Source of the DNA: Verrucomicrobiota bacterium | Lineage (GTDB): Bacteria; Verrucomicrobiota; Verrucomicrobiia; Verrucomicrobiales; DEV007 | Reading direction: 5' to 3' | Assembly: GCA_045046875.1 (NCBI GenBank) | Contig: JASFYY010000063.1 | Coordinates: 1-45,181 of the forward strand | Length of the DNA stretch: 45,181 nucleotides | In this document: positions 8,089 through 17,810 of the stretch, piece by piece | Numbering within the stretch: position 1 is the stretch's first letter | Layout: each line of letters begins with the position of its first letter | The notes under the pieces: generated by a model | What the model was told of the DNA's origin: nothing | What the model saw: only the letters and a program-made list of their open reading frames with translations | The model's database searches: none | Position numbers and translations under genes: made by a program

Positions 8089-11000
8089 TCAATGACTGGC
8101 GGTTTCCACTTTTGGCGGGGAATTGGCGTCGCTTTCAGCAATTTTACGTTGCATATCCGCCATTCGACCGCTCACAGCAGCGATTTCCTTGCCTTTGTTG
8201 GTCAGGCTGCTGCGCAGCTTGTTTTCAAGGGACGCGGCTTTCGCCAATTTTTCCTCGAGTTCTGCAATTCTGGATTCTTTTTCGTTTTTATCCTCAAAAG
8301 CTTTACTGAGTTCAGCTTGGGCGTCGCCACCTTCGGCTCCGGCCATCATCGAGGCTGTTTCCAGCTGTTTGTGCAGGGCATCGATCTCGGCTTGTTTTTC
8401 AGAGGCCAAGTGTTGAGCTTCATCTTTCATGCTTTTGGCGGATTTCTCCGACTGGATGACTCTGATTTTCATGGTTTCGAGTCGAGCGAAAGCCGCGGAT
8501 TTTTCAGCGGCGATTGCTTTTAGGCGATCGCCGGAATCACCGCTTCCACTGAGCTTTTCCTTGAGCTCCTCCTCTTTGCCTGCCGCTTCGTTTAGGGCTG
8601 CCGCGCGTTCTTCCAAGGTCTTTTGCTGGTCGCGAAGTTTCTGCTCAGCTTCGGCTTGTTGAAGCTGTTGTTTTTTTAATGAATCCTGCAGTTCTGAAAT
8701 TTTAGACTCTTTTTCAGAGGTAGCTTGATTCGCTTTGTTGATTTCGACTTCAGCTTTTTCCCGGGCTTCCTGATTGGCTCTTTCGATCTCTGCTTTGGCT
8801 TTTTCCTTGGCTTCTTGATTGGCTTTTTCGATTTCGACCTTGGCGTCTTGTGCGGCCTGTTCGAGTTTCTCCTGCATCGCCTCGACTTCAGCTTCCTTGC
8901 GAGCGACGGCATCGTCGGCTTTACTCTGTAACTCACTGACGGAGCTTTGTGATGCGCTGACTTGATCTTTCAGCTTTTGCATCTCTTCTTCGGATGCGGA
9001 TTTGTCGCCACTCAGTTCTTTAAGTTTGGCTTCGGCATCAGCCTGTTGCTGTTCTTGGCGGTTGATTTGCTCCTGTAGTTTCTCCTGCAGGGATTCGATC
9101 TCCGATTCTTTGGCCTCAGCGGCTTTTTGTGCACGGCGCACTTCGATTTTGGCCTCTTCACGTGCGGTTTGCGCTGCTTCTTCCAGCTCCAGGCGTAGGG
9201 CTTCTTTTTCGGCTTCTTTCTGTTTGACCGCTTCGTTCGCTTTTTGCTGAAGCTCGGCTACAGAACCTTGGGATGAAGCCACTTCATCTTTGAGTTTTTG
9301 GATTTCCTCTTCGGAGGCGGATTGGTCTCCACTGAGGGCAAGCAGGCGTTCTTCGGCTTCTGCCTGTTGTTGCTCTTGCCGTTTGAGTTGCTCGTCGAGT
9401 TTTTCCTGCAGGGTGGCCATTTCCGACTCTTTGGCAGCAGCGGCTTGTTGTGCCCGTGCTACTTCCGCTTTGGCTTCTTCGCGGGCATCCTGTGCAGCGG
9501 CTTCCAATTTGGCCCGCAGTTTATCCATTTCGGCTTCTTTACGAGCAACGGCGTCATCGGCCTTTTGCTGCAGCTCGTCGACCGAGCTCTGCGAGGAGGC
9601 AACCTCGTCACGTAATTTCTGAATTTCTTCTTCGGAAGCGGATTTATCTCCACTGAGCATTTTTAAACGCTGCTCGGCTTCAGCCTGCTGTTGTTCTTGC
9701 CGTTTGAGCTGCTCGTCGAGTTTCTCTTGTAAAGTGGCCATTTCGGCTTCTTTGGCGGCGGCGGCTTTTTGTGCCCGCTCCACTTCTGCCTTGGCTTCAT
9801 CCCGTGTGGCTTGAGCAGCGGCTTCAAGCTTGCTGCGGAGGGAATCCATCTCAGCTTCTTTCTCTGCAACGGTATCGTGCGCACTTTGTTGTAGGTCGGA
9901 AACTTTGCCTTGGGAAGCGCGGATTTCGTCGCGCAATTTATCCAACTGATCTTCGGATGCCGACTTGTCGCCACTGAGCTCTTGCAGTTGTTTTTCTGCG
10001 TCGGCTTGCTCTTGTTCTTGCTTGCCGATTTGAGCCTCTAGCTTAGCTCTCAGGTTGGCAATTTCAGATTCTTTTTGGTCAGTGGCCTTACGTGCTTTGT
10101 CGAGTTCTTCCTTGGCTTCCGAGCGTACGGTATCGACTGCCTCTTCAAGCTTGTCACGAAGGGCTTTCACTTCGTTTTCCTTTTCGGCTACCCGGTCGTC
10201 AGCACTTTTTTGCAATTTGCTGACTTTTCCCTGTGATGAGCGGATTTCATCGCGGAGTTTTTCCAGTTGTTCGCCATCATTGGACTTATCGCTGATAAGT
10301 GTGCGCAGTTTGTTTTCCGCATTACTTTGTTGTTGAGCTTGTTTGTCGATTTGCCCTTGCAGTTCATCCCGTAAGGCTATAATTTCAGCCTCTTTTTTCT
10401 CGGTATCCTGCTGGGCTTTGTCGGCTTTTTCCCGGGCCGCTTTGCTTACTTTTTCTAATTCTGCGCGAGCAGCCGCTTTGGCTTCGGCACGCGCTTTGGC
10501 TACTTTTTCCAGCGCCTCTTGTTCGGCTTCTTCTTCGAGTTTGTTGAGAGATTCTTTGGAGGCCGCAATTTCACCGCGCATTTTTTCGACTTCATCTTCG
10601 GAAGAAGATTTGTCACCACTCAATTCCTTGATGCGGGTGGCTGCTTCAGCTTGTTTCAGCTGCTGTTTGCGTAATTTGGCCTGCAGCTCTGCAATTTCGG
10701 CATCTTTTTCAGTGGTTTCCGGCGCTTTGTTAAGCCCGCTGGAAAGGTTACCTTGAACGCGGGATTTGCGGATCGTAGGTTTTTTGATGATTGAGCTTTT
10801 AGGCTCAGATGATTTTGCTTTGGGGCTCTCGGATTTTTCTTTGTTTTTAGCGGCCGCTGCCAGTTGGATTTTTTGCGATCCTGTGCGGTTTTTCAGTGGT
10901 GTGACATTAACCGTGGATGCTTTTTTAGAGGGCTCCGCTTCGAGGAAGCGCCCGCGCAAAACGCCAAATTTGATCTCATCTCCGGCTTTGATGATACATC

Positions 11001-11223
11001 GCTGGATTCTCTCGCCATTGATGAAAGTTCCATTAAAGGAGTCTTTGTCGATGATTTCGTAGTTCCCACTGTCAGAGCAGTTGATTTCCGCGTGAAAAGC
11101 AGACATAAAGCGATTCTTGATCCGAACGTCGCAATCGTGATGTCTGCCGATAGTGGTTTTGTCGTCGGAAATCAGAAAGGTTTCGAGATCCGCTTCGCCT
11201 GTATCAATCGTTAATTTCAGCAT
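8089..11223 (-). CDS. FHA-domain protein with long repetitive coiled coil
   Basis: N-terminal FHA motifs IGR, SAFHA, SFNGT; K/S/P-rich linker; ~850 aa of E/K/A/Q-rich coiled coil. Confidence 0.88.
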   Translation of the reverse strand: MLKLTIDTGEADLETFLISDDKTTIGRHHDCDVRIKNRFMSAFHAEINCSDSGNYEIIDKDSFNGTFINGERIQRCIIKAGDEIKFGVLRGRFLEAEPSKKASTVNVTPLKNRTGSQKIQLAAAAKNKEKSESPKAKSSEPKSSIIKKPTIRKSRVQGNLSSGLNKAPETTEKDAEIAELQAKLRKQQLKQAEAATRIKELSGDKSSSEDEVEKMRGEIAASKESLNKLEEEAEQEALEKVAKARAEAKAAARAELEKVSKAAREKADKAQQDTEKKEAEIIALRDELQGQIDKQAQQQSNAENKLRTLISDKSNDGEQLEKLRDEIRSSQGKVSKLQKSADDRVAEKENEVKALRDKLEEAVDTVRSEAKEELDKARKATDQKESEIANLRAKLEAQIGKQEQEQADAEKQLQELSGDKSASEDQLDKLRDEIRASQGKVSDLQQSAHDTVAEKEAEMDSLRSKLEAAAQATRDEAKAEVERAQKAAAAKEAEMATLQEKLDEQLKRQEQQQAEAEQRLKMLSGDKSASEEEIQKLRDEVASSQSSVDELQQKADDAVARKEAEMDKLRAKLEAAAQDAREEAKAEVARAQQAAAAKESEMATLQEKLDEQLKRQEQQQAEAEERLLALSGDQSASEEEIQKLKDEVASSQGSVAELQQKANEAVKQKEAEKEALRLELEEAAQTAREEAKIEVRRAQKAAEAKESEIESLQEKLQEQINRQEQQQADAEAKLKELSGDKSASEEEMQKLKDQVSASQSSVSELQSKADDAVARKEAEVEAMQEKLEQAAQDAKVEIEKANQEAKEKAKAEIERANQEAREKAEVEINKANQATSEKESKISELQDSLKKQQLQQAEAEQKLRDQQKTLEERAAALNEAAGKEEELKEKLSGSGDSGDRLKAIAAEKSAAFARLETMKIRVIQSEKSAKSMKDEAQHLASEKQAEIDALHKQLETASMMAGAEGGDAQAELSKAFEDKNEKESRIAELEEKLAKAASLENKLRSSLTNKGKEIAAVSGRMADMQRKIAESDANSPPKVETASH
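8800..10680 (-). repeat. Intragenic tandem repeat, ~321 nt (107 aa) unit, about six copies; boundaries approximate
   Basis: L(S/I)(G/S)D(K/Q)S anchor recurs near 9009, 9330, 9651, 9972, 10293 and 10617 (spacing 321,321,321,321,324). Confidence 0.88.
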
Positions 11224-11272
11224 AAATTAAGGAAAATTTATTTGTTATGGTCTTTATAGTCCCTATGCAGCC

Positions 11273-11295
11273 CTAGCGAAAGTAGTTTTCGCTAG
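11273..11295. promoter_or_regulatory. Perfect 9-bp inverted repeat in the divergent FHA/cysS intergenic region (operator or 5' hairpin)
   Basis: ctagcgaaa-gtagt-tttcgctag, ~50 nt upstream of the FHA gene start. Confidence 0.4.
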
Positions 11296-11489
11296 AGTGA
11301 TTTACTAGGTGAGACGTTTTTGCATATTATAAATTTTTATGATTAAAATCGAGTAAAAACTGTGCCTTCTCCCAAATTTTTTTAAAGAATCAATCAAATT
11401 TAAGAGTGAACGGGTCGTTAAGCTCTTCGTTTCCTTGCAAATCAAAGTGGTTCACGCGAGTAATAGGCTTTAGGATTCTTATATTTGCG

Positions 11490-12908
11490 ATGAAGCTTTA
11501 CGATACCATGGCGCGCGAAATGCGTGAATTGACTGCGGAAGACGGTGAAAACTTCCGTTTTTACTGCTGTGGCCCGACGGTTTACGGGCCGGCCCACATT
11601 GGGAATTTTCGGACTTTTGTGCTGCAGGATGTGTTTCGGCGGGTGTTGCAATTGTCAGGCCAATCGACGCAGCATGTGCGCAATATCACGGATGTGGATG
11701 ACAAGACGATCAGGGATTCCCGGGCAGCCGGTAAAAGTCTGGGTGAATTCACCGAGGCGTGGACGGTCAAATTCCGGGCGGATTGTGAAGCTCTGAATTT
11801 ATTGGCTCCACACGACGAACCGAGTGCGGTGGAGCACATTCCCCAACAGATCGCTTTGATCGAGCAGTTGATGGCAAAGGGTCATGCTTATCAGAGCGAT
11901 GATGGATCGGTTTATTTTAAAGTGACGTCTTTTGATCAATATGGCTGTCTTTCCCATTTGGACCAGCGTGAGTTGCGTGATGGAGCCGGTGGCGCGGCGG
12001 TGGCTGATGATGAGTATGAAAAAGACGCGGTGGCTGATTTTGCCTTGTGGAAAGGACGTAAGCAAGAGGACGGCGATAATTTCTGGTTGAGTCCATGGGG
12101 GGAGGGGCGCCCGGGCTGGCATTTGGAATGCTCGGCGATGTGTAAGGAATACCTGGGGGATACTTTTGATTTGCACTCAGGGGGGGTGGACTTGGTTTTT
12201 CCTCATCACGAAAACGAGATCGCCCAGAGTGAAGCCGCTTCGGGGGAAACTTTTGCGCGGCACTGGTTCCATATCACTCATTTGATGGTCGACGGGGGCA
12301 AGATGAGCAAGAGCCTGGGCAATATGTATACGCTGGCTGATTTGGAAGAGCGGGGGTTCACGGCGAATGAATTGCGCTACGTGTTGATTTCCGGGCACTA
12401 CCGTCACCCTTTGAATTTCACTCTGCAGTCGATGGATGACGCTAAGAAGGCCTTGTTGCGGATCGGAAAAGCGGGAGGGGCTTTGCGTGAGCGGGCAGGA
12501 GGCGATGCGGATGAACCTGACCAGCAGATCTCACGCGGCCATGACTTTGTTTATTTCAAATCCGCCTTTGAGTCGTTGTTGCAGGATTTGAACTCACCGG
12601 AAGCTTTGGGGCGAATATTTTCTGAGCTGCGGGAGTTGAAAGCGGATCAACTGTCGGCAGAGGACGCGCAGGCAGCGCTGCAGGATCTGGAATATATTTT
12701 GCTGGCTCTGGGTTTGTCTTTGCCGGAAGTGGAGGAGGAAAAACAAGTTGAAGTGCCTGAAGATATCCGCGATCTCGCTGAGAAACGTTGGCAGGCCAAG
12801 CAGGCTAAAGAGTGGGCGCAGTCGGATGCGCTGCGGGATGAACTGTTGGGGAAAGGATGGGAAATCAAAGATGATAAGGAAGGGTATCAATTATGTCCAA
12901 GAAGTTAG
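11490..12908 (+). CDS. cysS: Cysteine--tRNA ligase
   Basis: CGPTVY..AHIGN, DFALWK, GRPGWHLECSAM, FPHHENEIAQ, KMSKS; start moved to ATG 11490 (MKLYDT). Confidence 0.96.
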   Translation: MKLYDTMAREMRELTAEDGENFRFYCCGPTVYGPAHIGNFRTFVLQDVFRRVLQLSGQSTQHVRNITDVDDKTIRDSRAAGKSLGEFTEAWTVKFRADCEALNLLAPHDEPSAVEHIPQQIALIEQLMAKGHAYQSDDGSVYFKVTSFDQYGCLSHLDQRELRDGAGGAAVADDEYEKDAVADFALWKGRKQEDGDNFWLSPWGEGRPGWHLECSAMCKEYLGDTFDLHSGGVDLVFPHHENEIAQSEAASGETFARHWFHITHLMVDGGKMSKSLGNMYTLADLEERGFTANELRYVLISGHYRHPLNFTLQSMDDAKKALLRIGKAGGALRERAGGDADEPDQQISRGHDFVYFKSAFESLLQDLNSPEALGRIFSELRELKADQLSAEDAQAALQDLEYILLALGLSLPEVEEEKQVEVPEDIRDLAEKRWQAKQAKEWAQSDALRDELLGKGWEIKDDKEGYQLCPRS

Positions 12909-13897
12909 ATTTACCAATCAGGCCCAGGCGCAATCGCCAGAATGAATCGATCAGAAGTTTGGTCAGGGAGACGGCTTTGTTGCCAGCTGATCTGATCTAC
13001 CCGCTGTTTGTTCATGATAAGTTGGAGGATGAGCCGATCGATTCGATGCCCGGTTGCAAACGTTGGAGCCTTGAGGGTTTGTTGGTAGAGGTGGGGGAAG
13101 CGCGAGAGGCAGGGGTGAAGGCGGTGGTATTGTTTCCGGCGATTGACGATGCGTTAAAAACACCGGGCGCCGAAGAATGTTTTAATGCCGAAGGTTTGGT
13201 GCCGAAAGTGGTGGCGGCTATCAAAGCCGCGTATCCAGATGTGGCGGTGATCACTGATGTGGCTCTGGATCCTTATAACTCGGACGGGCATGACGGATTG
13301 GTGGTGAAAGATGCTGCGGGGCAAGCGGGGGTATTGAATGATGAAACGGTGCATGTGCTGTGTCAGCAGGCTTTGTGTCATGCTCGTGCAGGTGCCGATG
13401 TGGTATCTCCCAGTGATATGATGGACGGAAGGGTGGGCGAGATTCGCGGCGCTTTGGATGATGCAGGTTTTGAAAATGTTCTCATTATGAGTTACACCGC
13501 GAAATATGCATCGGCTTATTATGGGCCTTTTCGCGGAGCTTTGGAATCAGCGCCCAAATCGGGGGATAAAAAAACCTATCAAATGGATCCTGCCAATTGG
13601 AGGGAGGCGCTTCGAGAAGCTGAGTTGGATGTGATGGAGGGCGCGGATATCATTATGGTTAAACCGGCGGGACCGTATTTGGATGTGATCCGGGTTTTGC
13701 GCGAGGCCTTGGAGTTGCCGATGGCAGCCTATCAGGTCAGCGGTGAGTATTTGATGATCAAATCGGCGGCGGCAGACGGTTGGATTGACGAGGAGGCGGT
13801 GATGATGGAGAGCCTGTTGGGGATCAAACGTGCGGGGGCGGATATGATCTTGACCTACTTTGCTAAAGCGGCAGCCAAGTGTTTGACGGCTAAATGA
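12893..13897 (+). CDS. hemB: Delta-aminolevulinic acid dehydratase (porphobilinogen synthase)
   Basis: RPRRNR, DVALDPYNSDGHDG, PSDMMDGR, YGPFR, KKTYQMD, MVKPA, AYQVSGEY. Confidence 0.96.
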   Translation: MSKKLDLPIRPRRNRQNESIRSLVRETALLPADLIYPLFVHDKLEDEPIDSMPGCKRWSLEGLLVEVGEAREAGVKAVVLFPAIDDALKTPGAEECFNAEGLVPKVVAAIKAAYPDVAVITDVALDPYNSDGHDGLVVKDAAGQAGVLNDETVHVLCQQALCHARAGADVVSPSDMMDGRVGEIRGALDDAGFENVLIMSYTAKYASAYYGPFRGALESAPKSGDKKTYQMDPANWREALREAELDVMEGADIIMVKPAGPYLDVIRVLREALELPMAAYQVSGEYLMIKSAAADGWIDEEAVMMESLLGIKRAGADMILTYFAKAAAKCLTAK

Positions 13898-13989
13898 GAG
13901 AGTTGAAAAATCCACCATTTCTGAAGTGAAATCTTGCAGATGCGGGCGGTGTCGCGCACAGTCGAGCAGAGCTAATCGATAAGTTCCAA

Positions 13990-14673
13990 ATGTCAGCTTC
14001 CAGCACCAGTCACCAGAAACCTTTGTTGATCTTTGATTTCGACGGTACTTTGGCGGACACTCTCGCCGTAGGGGTCGAAATTTTTAATGACGTTGCCGGG
14101 GACTACGGACTAAAGACCGTGAGTGCTGAGGAGGTGGAGGAGTTGCGTAAGCTCAATACCCGGGCTTTGCTGGACCGTTTGGGCATATCCCGGCTGATGG
14201 CGGTCAAGATGGCGGCTCGGATTCGACATTTGCTGAGCAAGCGCATCGACGAGGTCCCCTTGATGCCGGGTGCTGAAAAAATGATTCGTGACCTGTCTGA
14301 TGCGGGTTTTGGAATGGGGATATTGAGCTCAAACGCGGTGGACAATGTGCGCCGTTTTTTGGCACATTATGATTTGGAGAATTGTTTTCATTTTGTCGAA
14401 GCGGGTGCGAGTTTATTTGGCAAAGGATCACGATTGCGCAGCATTCTCAAACGTGAGCGGCGCGAGGCACCTGCGGTGATGTATGTCGGGGATGAAACCC
14501 GCGACATGGAGGCGGCTCGCGACGCCGGTATCCATGGAGTGGCGGTTTGTTGGGGAGCCAACGAGCGCGAAGCGATGTTGACTGAGGATCCGGATTTCTG
14601 TGTGGATGCTCCCGAAGAGCTGGTTAAGGTCGCGCTGGCTTTTGTGGCGGCTGGAAATAAAACTCCAGAGTGA
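13990..14673 (+). CDS. HAD-family hydrolase (phosphoglycolate phosphatase-like)
   Basis: FDFDGTLAD, LSSN, K, YVGDETRD motifs. Confidence 0.88.
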   Translation: MSASSTSHQKPLLIFDFDGTLADTLAVGVEIFNDVAGDYGLKTVSAEEVEELRKLNTRALLDRLGISRLMAVKMAARIRHLLSKRIDEVPLMPGAEKMIRDLSDAGFGMGILSSNAVDNVRRFLAHYDLENCFHFVEAGASLFGKGSRLRSILKRERREAPAVMYVGDETRDMEAARDAGIHGVAVCWGANEREAMLTEDPDFCVDAPEELVKVALAFVAAGNKTPE

Positions 14674-14721
14674 TCAGCCGATTGGCGGTATAGCAGCCGG
14701 ATTCAGGCCGTAGCTATGAGC

Positions 14722-15306
14722 TCACTTTTTAGGGAAAGAGCGGAACATTTTGGCAATGGCGGTTTCGATTCTGGATTGGCGTCGGCGTTTGCTGTCATCC
14801 AAGCCGATTTCGGCTTCGGCGGATCCGCGCCAGAGTAATTGGCGGGTTCTGGCATCACCGACTCCGACAATGAGGTCACCTTTTTCAAAACGATCCACCA
14901 AGGTGGTGGTGGTGGACATCATGTATTCGGGGCGGACATAGTGTGGCAGGCCGGAATTAAAACCCATCGAGGTGTCAACTTGGGTCACCCGGGCTTGGCT
15001 GACAACCGAGGCAAAGTAGGCAACCAATAAGTCACTCGAACCTTGTTCAACCAGACGGAAGCCTCGTTTTTGCATTTCAGCATCGACTAGAAGGCGAACT
15101 TGTTTTCTCAGTAGCGGGCTGTCAAAGCGAGCTTTGCCTGCGCCAGCACCTGCTGGAGCCGGGATCCAGCGGTAAGTAGAGTATTTTGAAAAATCACTGC
15201 TACTAGCCAGATCGGAATTCACCTTGAGGCTTGAGCATGAATGGCTACTTATGGCCGTCAATGTGACGAGAATAAGGCTCAGAAGTCGAAAGTTGGGACG
15301 TTTCAT
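14722..15306 (-). CDS. DUF4136-like lipoprotein
   Basis: Signal peptide with Cys, DFSKYSTYRW, KRGF, G.LIV...DARTRQLLWRGSA, FPKK end. Confidence 0.8.
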   Translation of the reverse strand: MKRPNFRLLSLILVTLTAISSHSCSSLKVNSDLASSSDFSKYSTYRWIPAPAGAGAGKARFDSPLLRKQVRLLVDAEMQKRGFRLVEQGSSDLLVAYFASVVSQARVTQVDTSMGFNSGLPHYVRPEYMMSTTTTLVDRFEKGDLIVGVGDARTRQLLWRGSAEAEIGLDDSKRRRQSRIETAIAKMFRSFPKK

Positions 15307-15350
15307 GCAGTGACTTATTTGAGGGTTGGGTTTTTATTTGTCGCGTTGTT

Positions 15351-15920
15351 TTATTTGGGCGGGAAATCTTTCAGCATTTGAGCGACGGCCTTGTTGATGC
15401 GTTTTTTACGCACTTCGGCGCTATCTCCGGCATGAATTTCAGCTTGAGCGGAACTCCACCACACCAGTTCCTTGCTTTTTGCGTCGGCTATATTGAGTAC
15501 CAGGGTGCCTTGTTCGTAGGAGCGGATGTAGCTGAAGGTGTCGGCGGAAGAGACGCCCTCCGCTGATCCGATTAATTCAGGGTCGGTGGCATTGAGGTTG
15601 AAGTCGTAGTTGGTGGCGACATCATTGGCAGAAAGCTGGGTGTCGGCAGCGACCTGGTAGCCGATCAGGAAGTCAGCCTCAGCGGCGTCTGTTTTGCGAA
15701 AACCTTTGAAGTGAAGCTGCTCTTCCACACTTCGTTTGACTCTGCGATCTACGGTGGGTTCATCAATGGCGATATTGCCGGATACGGTGGCTTTAGGCAT
15801 CCAGGCGTAGGTGAGAAGGCGGGAGAAGTCTTCAGTTTCGTCATGGCGATGGCTGACAGTTATGGTTGAACAGCCAACGGTGAAGAGAGTGAGTGCGAGA
15901 ACGGGAATAAGAAGTTTCAT
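15351..15920 (-). CDS. DUF4136-like lipoprotein
   Basis: Lipobox TVGC, DFSRLLTYAW, YEQGTLVLNIADAKSKELVW, FPPK end. Confidence 0.82.
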   Translation of the reverse strand: MKLLIPVLALTLFTVGCSTITVSHRHDETEDFSRLLTYAWMPKATVSGNIAIDEPTVDRRVKRSVEEQLHFKGFRKTDAAEADFLIGYQVAADTQLSANDVATNYDFNLNATDPELIGSAEGVSSADTFSYIRSYEQGTLVLNIADAKSKELVWWSSAQAEIHAGDSAEVRKKRINKAVAQMLKDFPPK

Positions 15921-16101
15921 AAGGTAGCGATTAAAAGTTCAACTGGCCGTGGTGTGTAGCGCAGCCAGTTACTGCCATTGTATCGCAGGACAAGGCGACA
16001 AACGCAAGCATCGAGTTGGAATTAAGCTTGGGAAAAAAAACGCATATCCAATCGCTCTACCGGTTGCCGACTTAGAGAGTAGCGTGTAGGGACTCGGCAA
16101 C

Positions 16102-17166
16102 ATGGCCTTGTTTACAAATTTCAAAGAAGCAGTTCTGTCGGCAATGACGCTGGCTAAGGTGGGCAATGCCCAAAAAGGGGAGGTTTTGCAGACTTCGAAA
16201 ACGCTCTGCCGTTTTGCCGAGGAGGATACGGACTGGCTGACGGCTTGTTTTTTAAAATCGTTCAGAGCTCTGGAGGTGCATAGTCTGCATCACCATTCGG
16301 ATATCAGCAAGAACGAGGTTTATTCGTATGTGAGTGATATTTTTGAGTCAGAGGAGAAAGAGCAGGCGTTGTTGGAAAAGGGCGCGTTGATCGCAAAACA
16401 TCTGCACAGCTCATCGAATCATCCCAATATCAAAAACGGGGATCTTTGCATTGGTTTGCTCAAGGGGGTCAAAGTAGCGGGGCAGGTGACTGACGCGATC
16501 AGCATCATCAAATCAGAGAGCAAGGTGCCCTTCATGCAGGTGACTGAGCAGGATGGGGATTTGACTCTTTCGACCCAACAAGGCATTTACCCTGATAAAA
16601 TTGACAAGGGTTGTTTGATATTGAATCACAACCGCGAGGGAGGTTATGCGGTTTATGTTTTTGATAAGTCCGGGGGTAACACCTATTTCTGGAACCGCGA
16701 TTTTCTCGGGGCGACTCCGGTCAAGGATGACGATTATTTGACCAAACGTTATACCGAACTGTGTGTGGAATTTGCGGACGAGGGTTTGCCCGAGGGGGTC
16801 ATGCAGGAGGAGCGATTGGAATTGGCTAAAAAGGCGGTTAGCCATATTTCTGCCACTGAGGAATTCAATCGGGAAGAGTTTGAAAAAGAGGTGTTGGTGG
16901 AACCGGAGATGATCGAGCAATTCGCTCAGTTCAAAGAGGAGTTCGAGAAGGAGAACGATGTGCCTCTGGACGATCAATTCAAGGTGTCCAAGAAGATCGC
17001 CAAACGCGAAGAGAAAAAACTCAAAAGCCGGATGAAGCTGGATACCGGAGCGGTGATCCGTTTGTCATCAGCTTTGATCGAAACACCTGGTGGGATGGTG
17101 GAGCAGGGCTTTGATGAAGGGAAGAAGATGAAGTTTGTGAAGCTGTTTTATAATGAGGAGCTTTAG
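16102..17166 (+). CDS. Nucleoid-associated protein (NA37/YejK-like)
   Basis: KVGN, IAKHLH..S.HPNIK.GDL, IIKSESK, KIDKGCLI, YFWNRDFL; acidic C-terminal half. Confidence 0.75.
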   Translation: MALFTNFKEAVLSAMTLAKVGNAQKGEVLQTSKTLCRFAEEDTDWLTACFLKSFRALEVHSLHHHSDISKNEVYSYVSDIFESEEKEQALLEKGALIAKHLHSSSNHPNIKNGDLCIGLLKGVKVAGQVTDAISIIKSESKVPFMQVTEQDGDLTLSTQQGIYPDKIDKGCLILNHNREGGYAVYVFDKSGGNTYFWNRDFLGATPVKDDDYLTKRYTELCVEFADEGLPEGVMQEERLELAKKAVSHISATEEFNREEFEKEVLVEPEMIEQFAQFKEEFEKENDVPLDDQFKVSKKIAKREEKKLKSRMKLDTGAVIRLSSALIETPGGMVEQGFDEGKKMKFVKLFYNEEL

Positions 17167-17171
17167 GGGGG

Positions 17172-17213
17172 GATTCAGGAGGTAAAATTCAGGATTCAGG
17201 AGGTAGAAGTTAG
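17172..17213 (+). repeat. Degenerate heptamer tandem repeat (6 units) filling the intergenic space
   Basis: gattcag gaggtaa aattcag gattcag gaggtag aagttag; includes exact 14-nt direct repeat ggattcaggaggta 21 nt apart. Confidence 0.7.
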
Positions 17214-17216
17214 AAA

Positions 17217-17810
17217 ATGAAAATCACTTCAGCTAGATTTATCACCAGTGCCGTGGGCCTCGATGATTGTCCGCAATCCGAGATGCCGGAATTTGCCTTC
17301 ATCGGTCGATCAAATGTGGGCAAATCGTCGCTTTTGAATTTGCTCTGTAATCAGAAGCTGCTGGCGAAGGTTTCCAGCAAGCCGGGACGCACGAGGTTGA
17401 TTAATTTTTTTGTGATCAACGAAGACTGTTGTTTCGTCGATTTACCTGGCTACGGTTATGCAAAAGCTGCTAAGTCTGAGCGACAGCGTTTCAATGATTT
17501 TGTGGCGGATTACATTGAGTTCAGGGAGGGGCTCAAGCACGTGTTTATGCTGATTGATTCTCGTCATGAACCGATGACGATCGACATAGATCACGTGACC
17601 TGGCTGGTTGAGCGTAAGGTTGCTTTTTCCCTCGTATTCACAAAGTCCGACAAGGTCAAACCGGGTCGGATGAAAACCAACCAGAAGCTGTTCCTCGAAG
17701 CGCTGAGCGAATACACTGACGGCGAGCCATTGATGTTTACCACCTCCGCTAAATCCGAAGACGGACGTTTGGATATGTTGCAGTTTATTGACGGGTTGGC
17801 GCGGAGTTAA
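17217..17810 (+). CDS. engB: Ribosome biogenesis GTP-binding protein YihA/YsxC
   Basis: PEFAFIGRSNVGKSS, PGRT, DLPGYGY, TKSDK. Confidence 0.95.
   Translation: MKITSARFITSAVGLDDCPQSEMPEFAFIGRSNVGKSSLLNLLCNQKLLAKVSSKPGRTRLINFFVINEDCCFVDLPGYGYAKAAKSERQRFNDFVADYIEFREGLKHVFMLIDSRHEPMTIDIDHVTWLVERKVAFSLVFTKSDKVKPGRMKTNQKLFLEALSEYTDGEPLMFTTSAKSEDGRLDMLQFIDGLARS

Noticed and set aside
8800..10680. Regularly spaced repeats as a possible CRISPR array
   Set aside because: The period is 321 nt, in-frame and protein-coding with codon-level divergence; there are no spacers or cas genes.
8062..11214. Numerous plus-strand S/A/F-rich ORFs
   Set aside because: These are antisense shadows of the low-complexity coiled-coil gene, with no independent motifs.
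11406..11489. GTG-start extension of cysS; similar extensions of the AraC (42743), propeller (29251) and EEP (36363) ORFs
   Set aside because: The extensions lack family similarity or overlap promoters or neighbouring genes; downstream ATGs fit better.
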